Source: Octopus bimaculoides
Taxonomy: Eukaryota
Direction of reading: 5' to 3'
NCBI RefSeq assembly: GCF_001194135.2
Contig: NC_068999.1
Location: 38,851,197 to 38,890,853 of the forward strand
DNA: 39,657 bases
How positions within the stretch are numbered: the stretch's first letter is position 1; every line of letters starts with the position of its first letter. The notes under the pieces are model-generated. The model made no database searches and was not told the DNA's origin. It saw only the letters and a list, made by a program, of their open reading frames with translations. Positions 10,533-23,950 of the stretch are shown piece after piece. A program made the position numbers and the translations under genes.

Positions 10533-12639
10533 TAATAAATACATACTCTACAAAAAATATTGAGAAATCCATTAGTTTAATATGTTTTATAACTACATAA
10601 AAGCAAATGTTCATTTAGATAGATAGATAGATAGATACTCATACATACGTACGCACATTTTGTAATGTTAAAATGAGATAAGTATATTCAAGACATATTG
10701 CATCACAACTTTATAAAATTGCAGGGAAAGCCATTGTCCACCAGATCTTCTCGGTCACCAGTCTCCTATTCTCCGTATGCAACCGAATTATACAATAACC
10801 AGTTGCATTTAGAACATTATGTAATGTTTACTCTCCGCAAATCCCATACTGTTTAATGTACAGACTCCATCTGTGTTTCCTTTTGTCTCAATTTATTCCT
10901 GGTATTTATTGGTCTGGCGTCGTCTTAGATGACAATGGGTATGAAAATAATGTTTTGTTAGATGGGAAAGCAACTTATATGGGAAGGAAACAAACTTAAA
11001 TAGAACCTGGTAACGTGACAAGTTGTTCTGAATTCGAAATTCGGTCATGCTGCTGATCAATTTTACAGAAATTAGTTCCTCCTTCAAATTCGATAAAATG
11101 AATATAGATTTTCAGAATTTTTACTCTAAATCTAAACCACTCACTCACAAGCACATACATAGTCACGTGCAGATACAAATGCACAGATAAACACACGCAG
11201 GTACACACGTACATACATCTACACAGATATCTCGTCTCACATCTTCAAAAATGTAAAACACTGATTCACCTATTAAATTCCTTGAGATTAAATGTTGAAG
11301 GAAGTTATTGTATACGAATGTATAATTAGGTGTTATGTATGTATGTATGTGTGTATGTATGCATGCACTATGCCTGTTTGCATGCATGCGTGGACGTATA
11401 TATGCATATATGTATAAGCTGTAATTTTTTGTATAATTATATATTGTTAATATAACAATATATAAAAACCGGCTAGAGTCTTAGAACATACACCTAAACT
11501 CTGGCAATGTACCTTTCACTTTGCGTCTTGAAGAAATGTTTCAACGGCATTTAACTCATTTAAGCTGCCCGTTTTTGTTGTCGAATAAATGGAAGAGACC
11601 ATTTATATACGTCCAGGGAAACTGAGCTTTGGCGTTCTTCGAAGTTTCCTGTGGTATTACATAAGGTTTGCAGAACCCTACGGCAAGTTGGAATTTTGAT
11701 AGCAAAAATTTATGAACTTCTGGTGTGGGGAAATTGTCCATTATATTGTGCTAAGGACTTTAATGATTCATGAGTCTATTAATCATAGAACAATCAATAT
11801 GAAAGATTATTTCTGCGTTATTTGAACTCAGGAGCCAGTGTGTATTGCTAAAGATTCTATTGGTCTTTTACATAATAATTAATATTTTCGTTTTTACATT
11901 TTCATATATTTTATTAGAAAGCATTAGAAACAATAATTTTACAATTTCTATATTAATGAGTTTCCGAGCTTTTAACTCTTTTCTTCCTTTGTTTTGGCTT
12001 ATTGAATTTCATGCCATTTTTGTTTTCCATTAAATTTCGTTCTATTAGAATGACGTAATCAGGAAAATAAATATTTTATTTGAAAAAAATATTTGACTTA
12101 AAAAGATATTTAACGTTAGAAAGATATTTAACTTTAATAAAACGGCCCACTTCTCACCGTTTTCCACATGCACACCTACGCTGAAAGATTCCTAAAAGTC
12201 CCACCACACGTTACCCATCCAGCTGATGTGAAAGGCGAGATAGCAGAAACAAAAAGTGATTTTAAACAAAATTACAAAAGTCGAAACAAAAGAACATGCT
12301 TATTCAGTTGCATTACTTGACTTGTAATTCTGCATGCATATTTAAATATCTGCTATCTTTTGGTAATTATCAGAGGCTTTCCACATAATCAGTTTATAAT
12401 AGTGTCTGCTTTATTATCAATACGAATAAGTCCTTTGCTATTTGTTAACCATTTAAATGTTCACACGAATCTTTGCAAATAAAATCATTCCTAAATTCTT
12501 TATTGAATAATTAACGATGTTTTATGTAGGAATTGGTTTCTTGTTCCTTTCATTTCTTTTCACGCCTTACTTAATTAAAAATCCATGACGTAACAGCGAG
12601 GGAGACACTACCAACCGATAAAGAAATCATCTAATCGGT

Positions 12640-12800
12640 CTATCATTCGGCTAGACATAACAGCCAAAAAGCACCCGTCGGTTATATCAATGTCTTAAGA
12701 AAAAGTAAGGAAAACTGCATTTGGAAATGTAAGCCTTCGGTCATAGGTTTGCAAGGTCTGCAGAAAGCTGAGATTAAACACCACTACTACTACTACTACT
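12640..12800 (+). repeat. Dispersed repeat (family D) ending in (AAC/TAC)n
   Basis: gctagacataacagccaaa...gtcttaagaaaaag...ggaaatg...ctgagattaaacaccactac has related degenerate copies at ~20470-20645 and ~34630-34745. Confidence 0.5.
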
Positions 12801-14399
12801 ACTTAAATGAAAGCAAAGTTAGAGAAACATCAATGATAATTCAATACTAACAACACCTGGTAGAGGACAGCCCTGAGTTGAAAACAGCAGAAAAAGTCGT
12901 CGATGTCCAATGCTCCATAAGGAACGAAGGATTATATATTAAATGACTGACCTGTACAGAAACCTCTCCTTCTTTAAACATAGCACATCATAGACTACAG
13001 TAAACACGCGCACATAAGGCCGCCGCCTTGTGTGGTCTGCGCAACTCACACCACAAGCTATATCACAGTGAAAGATGCATCAGGGTTTCTATTTTTGCTG
13101 AAGTAGGTTTTCTCACTTTCAACTTAATAAGAAATCTTGTGAACTAATGGTGTATCATTACCCATGCATTCGTGCATTTCTTTTTAGAGTAATTCTGGAA
13201 TAAAACATCGAAAATATCTTTATTTTTTCTTCTAAATTGTGCTTTAAAGAACCAGCTAAGGCAATGGTTTTAAAGTTTTAACTCCATATCTTGTCATTCA
13301 GTTTGAAAAATCTACTTAATGCAACAAGCCCTCTAACTTTCTCTCTTATCTGTCGTTCTAGTAACTTTCAACACATAACAGACTTTGCAACACTTATCTC
13401 CACTAATGAAGACAACAACGTTATTCAAATTAGCGTCTGTTTAAAAGTTTTGTTTCTGAAAAGTGTTATTCTAAATTTAAATATATTTATGAGATTAAAT
13501 AACATTGTATTTCTCTAATTTTCCCAGATTTAAAAATGTTTTACATCAATTAGTTGTGATTTTTCTTTTAAATCTAATTTAGTACAATTATAATTAATGG
13601 ATCGTTTATCAACCTTCTCCATTGTATGTTACCTGCAATTTATACGAATTTTTTTTTATGGACGAAGTTCTATGATGTAGATTTTACAGTCATTTTAAGG
13701 ATTATCCAATTATTCTGTAATTCTATAGAAATAATTAAAGGACTCAACTCTATATGGCAGTGGTGGATCTCCGTCGTTTGACGGCGTGCAGTCAGTTGTA
13801 AGCTTATCTGCATTACTTGCTTCTCATTTAATGAGTTAGTGGCCAAGTAGCAGAGCATTCTGTAGTCACGTGTTTCTTTTAAAGTAATTCTCAGGGAGGA
13901 TCAATGTGACACGATGTGCGTGACATGGTGTGTGTTACACGCTTTGTGTGACAAGACCTTACATTTGGAATTACGTGTAGAATTCACCCAGCGAACTTTT
14001 ATACAATTTCCATCTCCCCAGTTTCATGGGTTGCCATAGTGATGCAGAAAATGACATTTTCGCATGGAAATAGAAGCCACAGAGTAGAGTTGAACGTGAA
14101 CCCTCATGGTTGTAAAACGAATGTCCTAACTATTCGGCCATACTGTGTCAACACAACTAAATTGTCAACATAGCAAAGCGATATTTCGACTTTTTAGTGT
14201 TGTTTTGCACGTATTGCATTACAAAAAAACATCGTGATGGTCACAAATGGAGAGGCTTCAATCATGAATACGTTGGATCCATGCTGGGCTGATGATGGAA
14301 AACAACAGCAACATATCTATAGGTAAAAAGGTTGAGAATCAGTAAAGAAGAGAATATTCTTTACTTCTCAGGCTTTGATTTTTGTCGTGCATTGTGTTG

Positions 14400-14790
14400 A
14401 GACAGAGAGGGGATGGAGAGAGGAGGAATTGAAGAGAAAATAGAGAGGAACAGAAGCAGAGAGATAGGTTGATAGAGAGAGAGAGAGAGAGAGAGAGGGA
14501 GAGGAGGAGAGAGATTAATAGAGAGACAGACAGACTGAGAAAGGGTTGGAGATGGAGAGGAAAGGATATGAAGAAAAAGTGGAGTAGAGATAGATAGATA
14601 GAGTTAGAGTGTGGAGAAGTAGTGAGTAGTAGCAATAGATAAATTGGTAGAGAAAGAGAGAAGGGATGGCAAAGTAGTAGAGCTAGAAAGAAAAGCGCCT
14701 GGAGGAAAGACGGAGGGAGATATATAGATATATAGATAGAGAGAGAGAGGGTGGCAAAGAGTGAGAGAATGGGGAAGTGAGAAGAAACTC
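14400..14790. repeat. Purine-rich (GA/GATA)n low-complexity tract
   Basis: Seen directly. Confidence 0.9.
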
Positions 14791-14865
14791 AATTCAATAC
14801 GTTCAGAGCAAGGGTAACAAATACGGATTTTAGTTCGCAGCACTACTGCTACCTTTGATTAAACA

Positions 14866-14875
14866 GTGGCAGCTG

Positions 14876-14907
<32 letters not shown>

Positions 14908-15080
14908 GCTACTACAACTACAACTACTAATCGGTTGCAACAAGATTTTCTATGTAGAAATACGTGCTGCTGTAAAACAAGAAAGCGTCACAATAATGAA
15001 GATGGCTGCGGTGGTGGTGGTGATGATGGTGGTGGTGGCGGCGGTGGTGGTGGTGGTGATGATGATGATGATGGTGATGT
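14866..15080. repeat. (CTA)n and (GGT/GAT)n microsatellites
   Basis: Seen directly. These are the source of the poly-Thr/Gly/Asp pseudo-ORF. Confidence 0.9.
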
Positions 15081-16012
15081 TGTTAGTATAGAACGTTTTC
15101 CGCCGAAACATCTGACAGATCAAAAGAAATTCTTCCTTTGCTAATTGTGAGGGCCCCTTCATCATTGTGATCTTTTGGCTTTGTGCGCTTGTTAAAAATA
15201 GATAATGCGGTTATCTTTTCTTTTTTTATTATTATTCTGTGACAGAGTGTGTTAAAGCAAAGGAGATAGATTTGAAAGATAACATCTTGTCTTTTATGCA
15301 TGATGTTGGCGTCTATCATGTGTGCAAGACAATACTTCATCTGGCAGATGACAATGTACATTGTCTTAGTGATGTTAACAATCGAAATGCAATCTCTTGC
15401 CTACCGCTTTTTGTTTTTATATATTCTTAATAATAATGAAGGTGATGACGATGATGATGATGGTGAAAATGATAATTTCAGACTTTATCATCTCTGAAAT
15501 ATAATTTGCAAATATGTTTGTGTGCGTACATATACACCAACATAAAATACACACACATATATAATGATGGACTCTGCCGTCGAAGACAACGGATGAGCAT
15601 TCAGCTTTTGCTGAACGACCTGCACAAATGATTTGTTTATTGTGATCAAATGTATGAGCCGAACATTAACTCACTCCCTCTCCATCAAATCGACGTTGCC
15701 TGAACAGGCGAATAGTGTGCCACATGTCAGGGGTCGAAGTGATTGCTCAAGAACAGAACATTTGAAATCGTTTTTAACGGTGAAACTGGACGGAGATGAA
15801 GTTATAAACAATAACGTGTAAATAACGTTTTATGACATAAACAATATATAGAAATATTTTTTTGGTATTTATATATAACATTTTTATACATTTTTATTTT
15901 TATTTCTACATTCATTCTCCTATTTCCATATATACTCCTTCTTTGCATCCTTTTTCAAAATAACTCCTCATATTGAACTCTAATATTTCCCTACATTTAA
16001 CCATCTCACATC

Positions 16013-16060
16013 GTCTCTGATGAAGGGAAATCCCTAATATCTCAGAAACAGCTGTAATAC
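16013..16060 (+). ncRNA. Minimal type-I hammerhead-ribozyme-like motif (family H1, slightly degenerate)
   Basis: gtct-CTGATGA-agggaaatccctaatatctca-GAAAC-agct-GTA-atac. Both core halves are intact and the stem-III loop is palindromic (agct). Stem I pairs 3/4 and stem II 6/7 including one G-U. The 10.1-11.1 position is non-canonical. Confidence 0.6.
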
Positions 16061-16377
16061 TAACTTTCTTTTTATAAATGTGTTGAAAATTCCACACTGC
16101 CTTAGGTTTGTTTTCTCATTTTATTCAATATATATGTATATATATACATATATAGATTATGAGAGGTAATGTTGTCAATAAGACCCAAAGGTGTCAGGTA
16201 ATGCTGAGTAAGTGCTATGGATAGACCATAGTTAAGCTCCTGGTTGGGTGATTATGCGAATAAGGAGTCTAACGTTGGTCATATATCAACATGTGCATGT
16301 ATAAAAAAAAAAAAAATTCAGAATGAGATAAATAAAAACCAAGGGTGTGAAAATCTTAGAACATTTATAAATAGAAG

Positions 16378-16425
16378 GTCTTATGGCTGTTTCCAGGATA
16401 TTTATTATATCCCTTCATCGGAGAC
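16378..16425 (-). ncRNA. Second H1 hammerhead-like motif, inverted relative to the first, with core mutations
   Basis: The minus strand reads gtct-CCGATGA-agggatataataaatatcctg-GAAAC-agcc-ATA-agac. Stem I is perfect and stem II is ggatat/atatcc, but the core has U4->C and G16.2->A. The downstream sequence (to ~16320) aligns with 16060-16127. Confidence 0.55.
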
Positions 16426-17159
16426 GGTTAATCTTTCTCATTCAATAATATATTAACATACATCGTAATGATATTTCATTTTACTGTAAATATAAATGTG
16501 TAATTGTTCCAACTCTGTACGATTTTATGAGTGGGGCGGGGTTGAGGTTGGCAGGATTTCTAGTGGGAGAAAATCTGCATTCCCTTAATATTGGCGAACA
16601 CTGCCCTCTTGTCTATTTTATTTTATACTGGACACTATTCGCAAAGCGAAATTTTTGAAGTGAAATATAACTGTCCATACAATTTTGAATCCGCTTCAAT
16701 CCTTATAAATACTTGTTATTATGTCATGGAAATAATAATAATGGTGGTATCTGGAGACGCGATCTACATCGCACGTCTTTCAAAACTGCTAATTGGATTA
16801 GTAATTCACTGTAAAATAATTTGATGATGAACTCTGTTTGTAAATGTGTGTGTTGTGTAAACTTCAAACTGCTACCTTTCAATGCCATCTGTCATCTTCT
16901 CCCTTGTCTTCTCTGTTTATGCTACCCTCTTCTAGTATGCCAATCATTGACCATTCTGTATTTCTCAATGACACTGCATAACGAAAACGAGACTGAGTTG
17001 GACGCTACACATAAGTACTACTGCCATCCTGAGGATTACCCTTCTTCCTCTCTATCTGCATATATTTCCCAGCTACGCACTGCGGTCGATATAATCAGTT
17101 TTCCTAATCTCTCCTGAAGCTGTGTCTACACAGGAAGCCTTAGTGGTACTAAATTTAGC

Positions 17160-17610
17160 CAAAGGGCAGTGGAATCGTTGAATCGATAGCAGGATGGAGA
17201 AAATGCAATGCGGTATTCCGAGTCGTTCGTTAACGATTTGCGATCAAATCCTGCCAAAGGTGATTTTTCCTTGCCTATTTCCAGGAGCAGTATCATAAAT
17301 AACCTGCATTTGTATTATTAAACAGTTGACGTATCGCAAGTAGGTTTCAGCCCCGTCTTTCACAGTTAAATTGTTCTGATGATTATGGTCATTGCTTCTG
17401 GGGGTCAAACTAAATGTCTGCTTCTAAATGATTATTGAAAATCGATTCAGCATCATATGAAAAGTTACATTGAAGTATTTAGTTACATTCTTTCATGTTC
17501 TGAGTTCGAATCACGCTGAAATCGATTTTACCTTCCATGATTCCGGGGTTGATATAAATGACCATACTCTCTCTTCAAATGTGTGGCCTTATGCCCGTAT
17601 TTGAACCCAT
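17160..17610 (+). mobile_element. Highly diverged SINE family B remnants (two)
   Basis: gcagtggaatcgttgaatcg...gatcaaatcctgcc and gttctgagttcgaatcacgctgaaatcgatttt...ccggggttgata...ggccttatgccc resemble the family B head and tail. Confidence 0.45.
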
Positions 17611-18661
17611 TATTAAGGTAACTGTGTCGGGCAGAAGCAGATGGTTGAATCGCCGCATTGATCCAACTCTGATTCAACGGATGTAAAATGAAACACGTTT
17701 GGGTCTACTCCATAGTAATTTTTTTCTCTTTCAAGAAGTTAGTAATACGTAGCTCCAGAACTAAATTTCACTAATATACTGTGCTCCTTGTTTAATAACG
17801 TATGGTGTACTTTGAAGGAAATTTAGCCGTTGCTGTGGTTGCTGCTGGTAATGAAAGAATTGGTCAGGTAAACAAAATGTTGGTGTTGTTATATAGTTGC
17901 AGATCACACGTGGTCAATCAGTCCAAGTATCAAATGTGTTCCACTTGGGATCCTGCTGTCACCGTTTTCTTTCAAGCAAACTGTTTCGAAGACTACATTT
18001 GCCATTGAGTTATGCAACATTTCCCCCCCCCCCTCTTTTAAGTATGCAAAGTGTGATTCGAAGGATATTTGGTTATTCTTTCTAGCAAGTTAAGTGACTG
18101 CATGAAATGCTCTTCTCCTGATGGTTCGCTATGTTAAATCTCATTTATGTTATCGGGAAAATTTTACATCACAGTCATAGTTTTGGCACGGTTTAGCTTA
18201 ACAAGTACACAAGTTATCCAAACTTCTTGTGCTAAATTAGTTTACATAATTGAAACGTGGTTAAAGTGTTTTAATTATACTTTTAGCTCTTAACAATTCC
18301 AATATTTCGTTCGTTTTTGATATACATTGTATTTTTAATTCACAATACATACAGCGTTTCTTAATTGGTCCTCATTAATGAATGGTGCCTACACCGCTCT
18401 TTCGTTTCTGCTTCTATAATCATTTGTTCTAAACACGAGTCAATAATAGTTATAAACATTTTAAATGCAAATACTCGTGGCTTTAAGCAAGTATTTCTTG
18501 CTCGAATGCCAATTACTTCATTCATACCCCCTCCGGAAATGAGTGCTCCTTTCTTTTGTTTGTATGCAATATATTTAGTGCGATTTTATTTAATCGTACT
18601 TCGAGATTTTCTTGGATCTTCTTGTTTGTAATTTCTTTTCTTATATATATTTTTTCTATTA

Positions 18662-18664
18662 TTG

Positions 18665-18737
<73 letters not shown>
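18662..18737. repeat. (ATT)n microsatellite
   Basis: Seen directly. Confidence 0.95.
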
Positions 18738-19089
18738 CTTAACTTCAATTGAAATAATATTTTGAAAAAAAAAAAACCCAGACAACAGCAAAAACAAAAA
18801 CACCTCATCTTGGGTACCAATCAACTGTATTTTTCTTCCCCTTCAGCTGTTTGTTCTTTATATTCCTACATTTAAAACTTTGATTAATAATGACCGATGG
18901 CGTTTAAGCTTCATTTAAAAATGTTTCATTATCATACATAACAATAATCATTTATATAATGGACATGAAACGAAAACAACAACAGCAACAAAAAAAAGGC
19001 AAAAGAAAGCAAGAATATGCAAAAGAAAAAAATCGCAATATACATACATACAAGTATACAAACATATGTGTGTGAGTGTGTGTGTGTTC

Positions 19090-19143
<54 letters not shown>

Positions 19144-22100
19144 GATGGATAGATGAAAATAAATCTTGCCAAAAGAATAAATTTATAACAAACGTAGTTT
19201 CGTTGGGGTTTCTGTTAAAATAGCAATTTTTAATGTAAAACCATTCTTTTCTATAATACGACTATTTTCCGTGCACTTAGTGCAATCGTTCCTAAAGTTT
19301 TCTATGCTTTTTATTTCAATGAATTTTCCCAGAGACACCCAATCTTTTAAAATGATTCTATACTTAATAACCTGATTTTTAACGTAGAACAAATTCTCTT
19401 TCTTGGTTTTCACCTCCCAATTGAAAAATAACAACATATGTTACTTGTCAGGCCAACACGTTGTTTTGCACCATTCCAATATTCCATTACCTCTTTATTC
19501 ATGTGTGTGTGTGTGTGTGACATCTGTACACATCCTGGATCTGCTCACTCGACGAAATGAAAGGAACAATGTTACACATTCAAACACGGAAGCATGGTGC
19601 TATTGAGTTAAAATGCAGGATTTCCATTCTATTCCTTCTGTTCCCACTTTTACTTCATTTATACCATTTTATCCTTCAGCTCTTCTCTACGCTCCATTTT
19701 CTCTCCCCCACTTCTCTTCATTTTTCATTTCTCTTTACTTCTCCCCCTCATATCTTGTTTCTCTCTCCTACTACTTTCTATCAATCTATGCAAGTTGATG
19801 TTGTCTTGGAATCCCCATCAGTTGCTCAGACATACGATGCAAGGTCTCTAACTTTCATCTCTTCCCTTCAATCATCTTAATCATGAAGGACACAGTCAGG
19901 AATTGGATGCTCCACTTCTCCCACTCTATTCTCCCTCTTACTGTTTCTCGGTAACTCTGTGTAATAGAGTAATAAAACATTTTACACAGCAACCTTTTAA
20001 AACTCGACTGAAAAACTCCTGATGCCGACATTCTTAACGCGCCTATATCTTGCGATCTACTTATCAGTGTTTTCTCTATATCTTATTGTGAGTGTCCGCA
20101 TAAATATTTGAGCAAATGTTATCTTTATTTGCAAAGAACGTGCACATCCATGCAAGTAATCAACGTATAACTACTATAATGGCCATCTGAGCAAAAGCGA
20201 ACGAGTGTTTTATTCATTAAAAAATTCGATTTCCTCTGGAAAACCTTTTATGTATTTGTGTACAACTTGTGAAACACGAATGGCGAACACAAATGTAAAG
20301 AGAACGTCGTTGCATATTCTAAGTTGAAAACTGTTCACGTAGTATACAGCAGTTTAGTGTATATGTATACCCATTTCGTTTATACCCAATTCGTGTGCAC
20401 CAATTTAGTGTGCATGCATTCGTATTCATATGACATTGACGAATCGAAGAAGAATCTCTACATTGTCGTTGAATCTGCTAGAAATAGAGACGAAATCCCT
20501 TTCAAATTATGAGTTATCATTTTACGAAAAGAAGTCTACATTAGACAATGTAGTCCCATATAAATGAAACAAGGGAATATTCGTTGCTGGAATGCTCCTC
20601 TTTGTCTGTCTGCTTATTTAGTACTGAGATGAAGTTAAACAACAGAAGGATATTACGTAAGAAAATTATATTTGCGTCATCATTTTGCTGCCTACTTTTC
20701 CGTGCTTGCATGGGTTAGACAGATTTCATTGAGACAGATTTTCTATGGATCGGTATTTTCCTAAAATCAGTCCTAACCTGTTTCCAAGCAAGGTAATATT
20801 TCCCCCATGACCAGAGATGTATTTACAGATGATTGGAAACAAAAAAACACTACTTGTATGACAGTGACGCTCGTTTACGACTACCACGTGATAAGTAAAA
20901 GACACACTCCCACATACACACACACACACATGCACACACATAAGCATAATCGTGTGCGCACACATATTTACTATGAGCTTCTTTCAGTTTCTATATGTCC
21001 AGCTGAGCGGCATATAATGTTCACCATCCAAAACATGAACGACGCTTCTCCAACCAACTTCTTCAGTGTCAAACAAATCCTACTTGCAATGGAATTTAAT
21101 TGAAGGATATCGTCAATGGAACTTACATGATGGACATTGTAAAAGTTCTGCCAAGGCTATTTTACAAGACTGTTGTCATGGATACGAAAGGTTTTCCTTT
21201 TGGCAGCTTTTCAAACTAACACCCCAAAATTTTAGTAAGGAATAAATTTAGCGTTAATTATGCATGGTTCACTTCATTTTTAAGAGGTGAACCATTTATT
21301 CCCATGATGCCCATGTTTGGAAAAGTTTTTCTTTTGATGATAATTAGAAAGTAAAAATATTTATTTCTTGTGAAATGCGAGCCATTTTAGTTCATTTTGC
21401 ATTTTCATTACTGTTATGCTTATTGGCGATAAATGATTGATTTTGGGCTATCTGATATTTCATTAAATAACTATAAAGATTGTATTCAAAATGAAGAATG
21501 GTACAAGAGGACGTGTTTGTTATTTTTATATCTGTAATAAAGAGTGTGATATGATCATAAAGCATTTACAAAGGTTCCAATAAAAATCCCATCTATTGAT
21601 GTCTTCCCTTTATTCCTAGTCATCATAGAATATGTCCTGCAGGTTCCAACATAACACAATGTGCTTATCGGAGAATAAGTGTTGATTGCATTGCGTTAAT
21701 ACTGCTATAAATTGGTTATATGGTTTCTGTAAACAAAAGCTATCTAAGAAACACGATTTTACTTTGTGGTTCACCGAATAATCATCTGCTTGTCTATTCA
21801 ATAGAAAGAAACAAAACGAACGAAACGAAAGGAAAATGATTTGTGAAAAGCTGTGTCTGATAGGTTGCACAAATAACCATGATTCTCAGTAATGTCTCAA
21901 GAAATAGTCTCAATTCATTCTCCGCTATTCAAAAGTTCCATTGTTCACAAGACAAGTCTTCAATCTATGCCAATGCATATTCAATTTTACAGCCATCTGC
22001 GAACTCTCCGTTCGCCTATTGTGATTCCATTTCAGTCAGAACAACGCTCGTAACTTTTAATTACTGAACAGTTTAATTTAACTTTGATGATCAGGCAAGC

Positions 22101-23107
22101 GCAATTCATGTAGATATTCTGTCCATATGAATGTGATATGCCTTCTATCACTCACGTTCGATGTGAGAGAGAGAGAGGGGGAGGGAAAGAGAAAGGAAGA
22201 GAGAGATAAAGAGAATGAGGCAGACGCAGTCAGTGACAGGGAAAGAGAGAGAAAGAGATCAATACCGTTCTCTTGAATCAGTTTAGTAACGGAGTAAGAC
22301 AGACTAATGTAATCGTTCTCTTGCACACCGTCTCCACTCTTTCTTTTTCTGTTAAATTTCGAATCTAATCTTAATTATATTCTCCCCAGTTTTTATTCCC
22401 TCCTTACCTTGCCAACTCACTACGCTAATTGTTTTACTAGTTACTAATCATGAGAGTTTCGCTGCCAATTACCATTATCCATTTCCATTAGTTGACACGG
22501 ACCTCAGCCGACACATGTCCATCCATCCATCGCTCTCTATCACACCCAACCCATCTGCACAATTCATCAATGAATCCTACCAATGCTTTTAGTTTCTCTG
22601 AACAACGAAATTTCTGAATATCTTATCAAATCTTGAGAGAATCGCATCATCGTGCGTGTATGTAGAGATGTTTCTTGGTTTTCGTTCTCCAATTTCACTT
22701 ACAATCAATTGATCATTCTAAGGTTATGACAGAAAACTTTTGCTCAAGATTCAACGCAATCAGATCGAATCCGTGACTACTTGTTACGAAGCAAATTTCT
22801 TCATTGCAATAAGTCTCAACTGCTAAACACCCTAAAATCCGAAACTTTCACGATTATTATTAACATTTGTTTATTCTTCAAATTTTAAAGTAAAACGTAG
22901 AATATTCTAAAGGAACGAAACTAATCCTATTCTTGGAAGCGTGGGTGGAAGCTTAACAAACTCACGCACGCACACGCATGTGCGCACATGCGAACATATG
23001 TGAGTTTTCCTTAAAGTATTGCAAATATAAAGATAAGTATTTTAACTGACATAGGGGGTTCCAGAATGCACATTCCGGTAGAATAACTCTTCCTCTACAG
23101 AAAACCG

Positions 23108-23640
23108 CTATTCAATAATATAGCCCCGATCACAAACGATTGAATTTGCTCTGTTGCAAAACTCAACACTCGGAGACGCTTCAATAACATTCAGGTGTCA
23201 ACTGTTGTGTCAATTCTTCACAACTCCTTTCACGTCGTCGTCTAATCAGTGTCCCTGAAGTGTGTCCTTCATTGGACCAAACAGATGGAAGTCAGAAGGT
23301 GCAAAGTCGTGGCTGTAGAATGGATTGACAACTATTAACCAGCTCAGTTTTCCGATTGCCTGATTTGGTACCCAAGGTGTCTGTAGTCGCATATTGCCAT
23401 GGTGAATGTGTATACAGTTTTTACATTTTTCTTCGGTCTCTCCTTCCCCTCTTCGGTCTCTACTTCTCCTCTTCAGTCTCTCCTTCCTCTCTTCAATCTC
23501 TCCTTCCTCTCTTCAATCTCTCTTTACCCTCTTTGGTCTCTCTTTGCCAATCTTCAATGGTTTCAAAACTCTTCCAGCAATTCAGAGCAAATTTCATCTA
23601 TCTGTGCCACAATCGTTGCCTGTCAACTTGTGCCTGACTG
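23108..23640 (-). mobile_element. Decayed mariner transposase C-terminal fragment
   Basis: The minus strand reads HHGNMRLQT...LSWLIVVNPFYSHDFAPSDFHLFGPMKDTLQGH*...GYIIE*. This corresponds to the mariner HDNARPHT and HPPYSPDLAPSDFHLF motifs. It has several stops and is interrupted by a minisatellite. Confidence 0.85.
23431..23550. repeat. 20-bp minisatellite x6
   Basis: Units are cttcggtctctccttcccct / cttcggtctctacttctcct / cttcagtctctccttcctct / cttcaatctctccttcctct / cttcaatctctctttaccct / ctttggtctctctttgccaa. Confidence 0.9.
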
Positions 23641-23763
23641 CCAGGATCATGGCCACTTGCGCTTTATGTGTTAACTATGTTGTCTGATAGCCGAATCTAT
23701 CAGATAAGCTTTCTCTAATAGCCACATAACGCCATGAATCCATATATCGCACTACAAATTTAT

Positions 23764-23805
<42 letters not shown>

Positions 23806-23859
23806 ATAAGGTGATTAAAATTGTATGGATAATACCGTATTAAATTCTGGTGCCTAAAC

Positions 23860-23869
23860 NNNNNNNNNN
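23860..23869. other. Assembly gap (10 N)
   Basis: N run with gcctaaac repeated on both sides. Confidence 1.
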
Positions 23870-23914
23870 GCCTAAACTTAAGTACCATATTCATCTGAAT
23901 CTATATACATATGC

Positions 23915-23950
<36 letters not shown>

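Noticed and set aside
11556-11741. 61-aa non-repetitive ORF MDNFPTPEVHKF...
   Set aside because: No recognisable domain and no coherent splice or promoter context; the length is within chance expectation.
23852-23877. gcctaaac direct repeat
   Set aside because: It flanks a 10-N placeholder gap and is probably a contig-end overlap.
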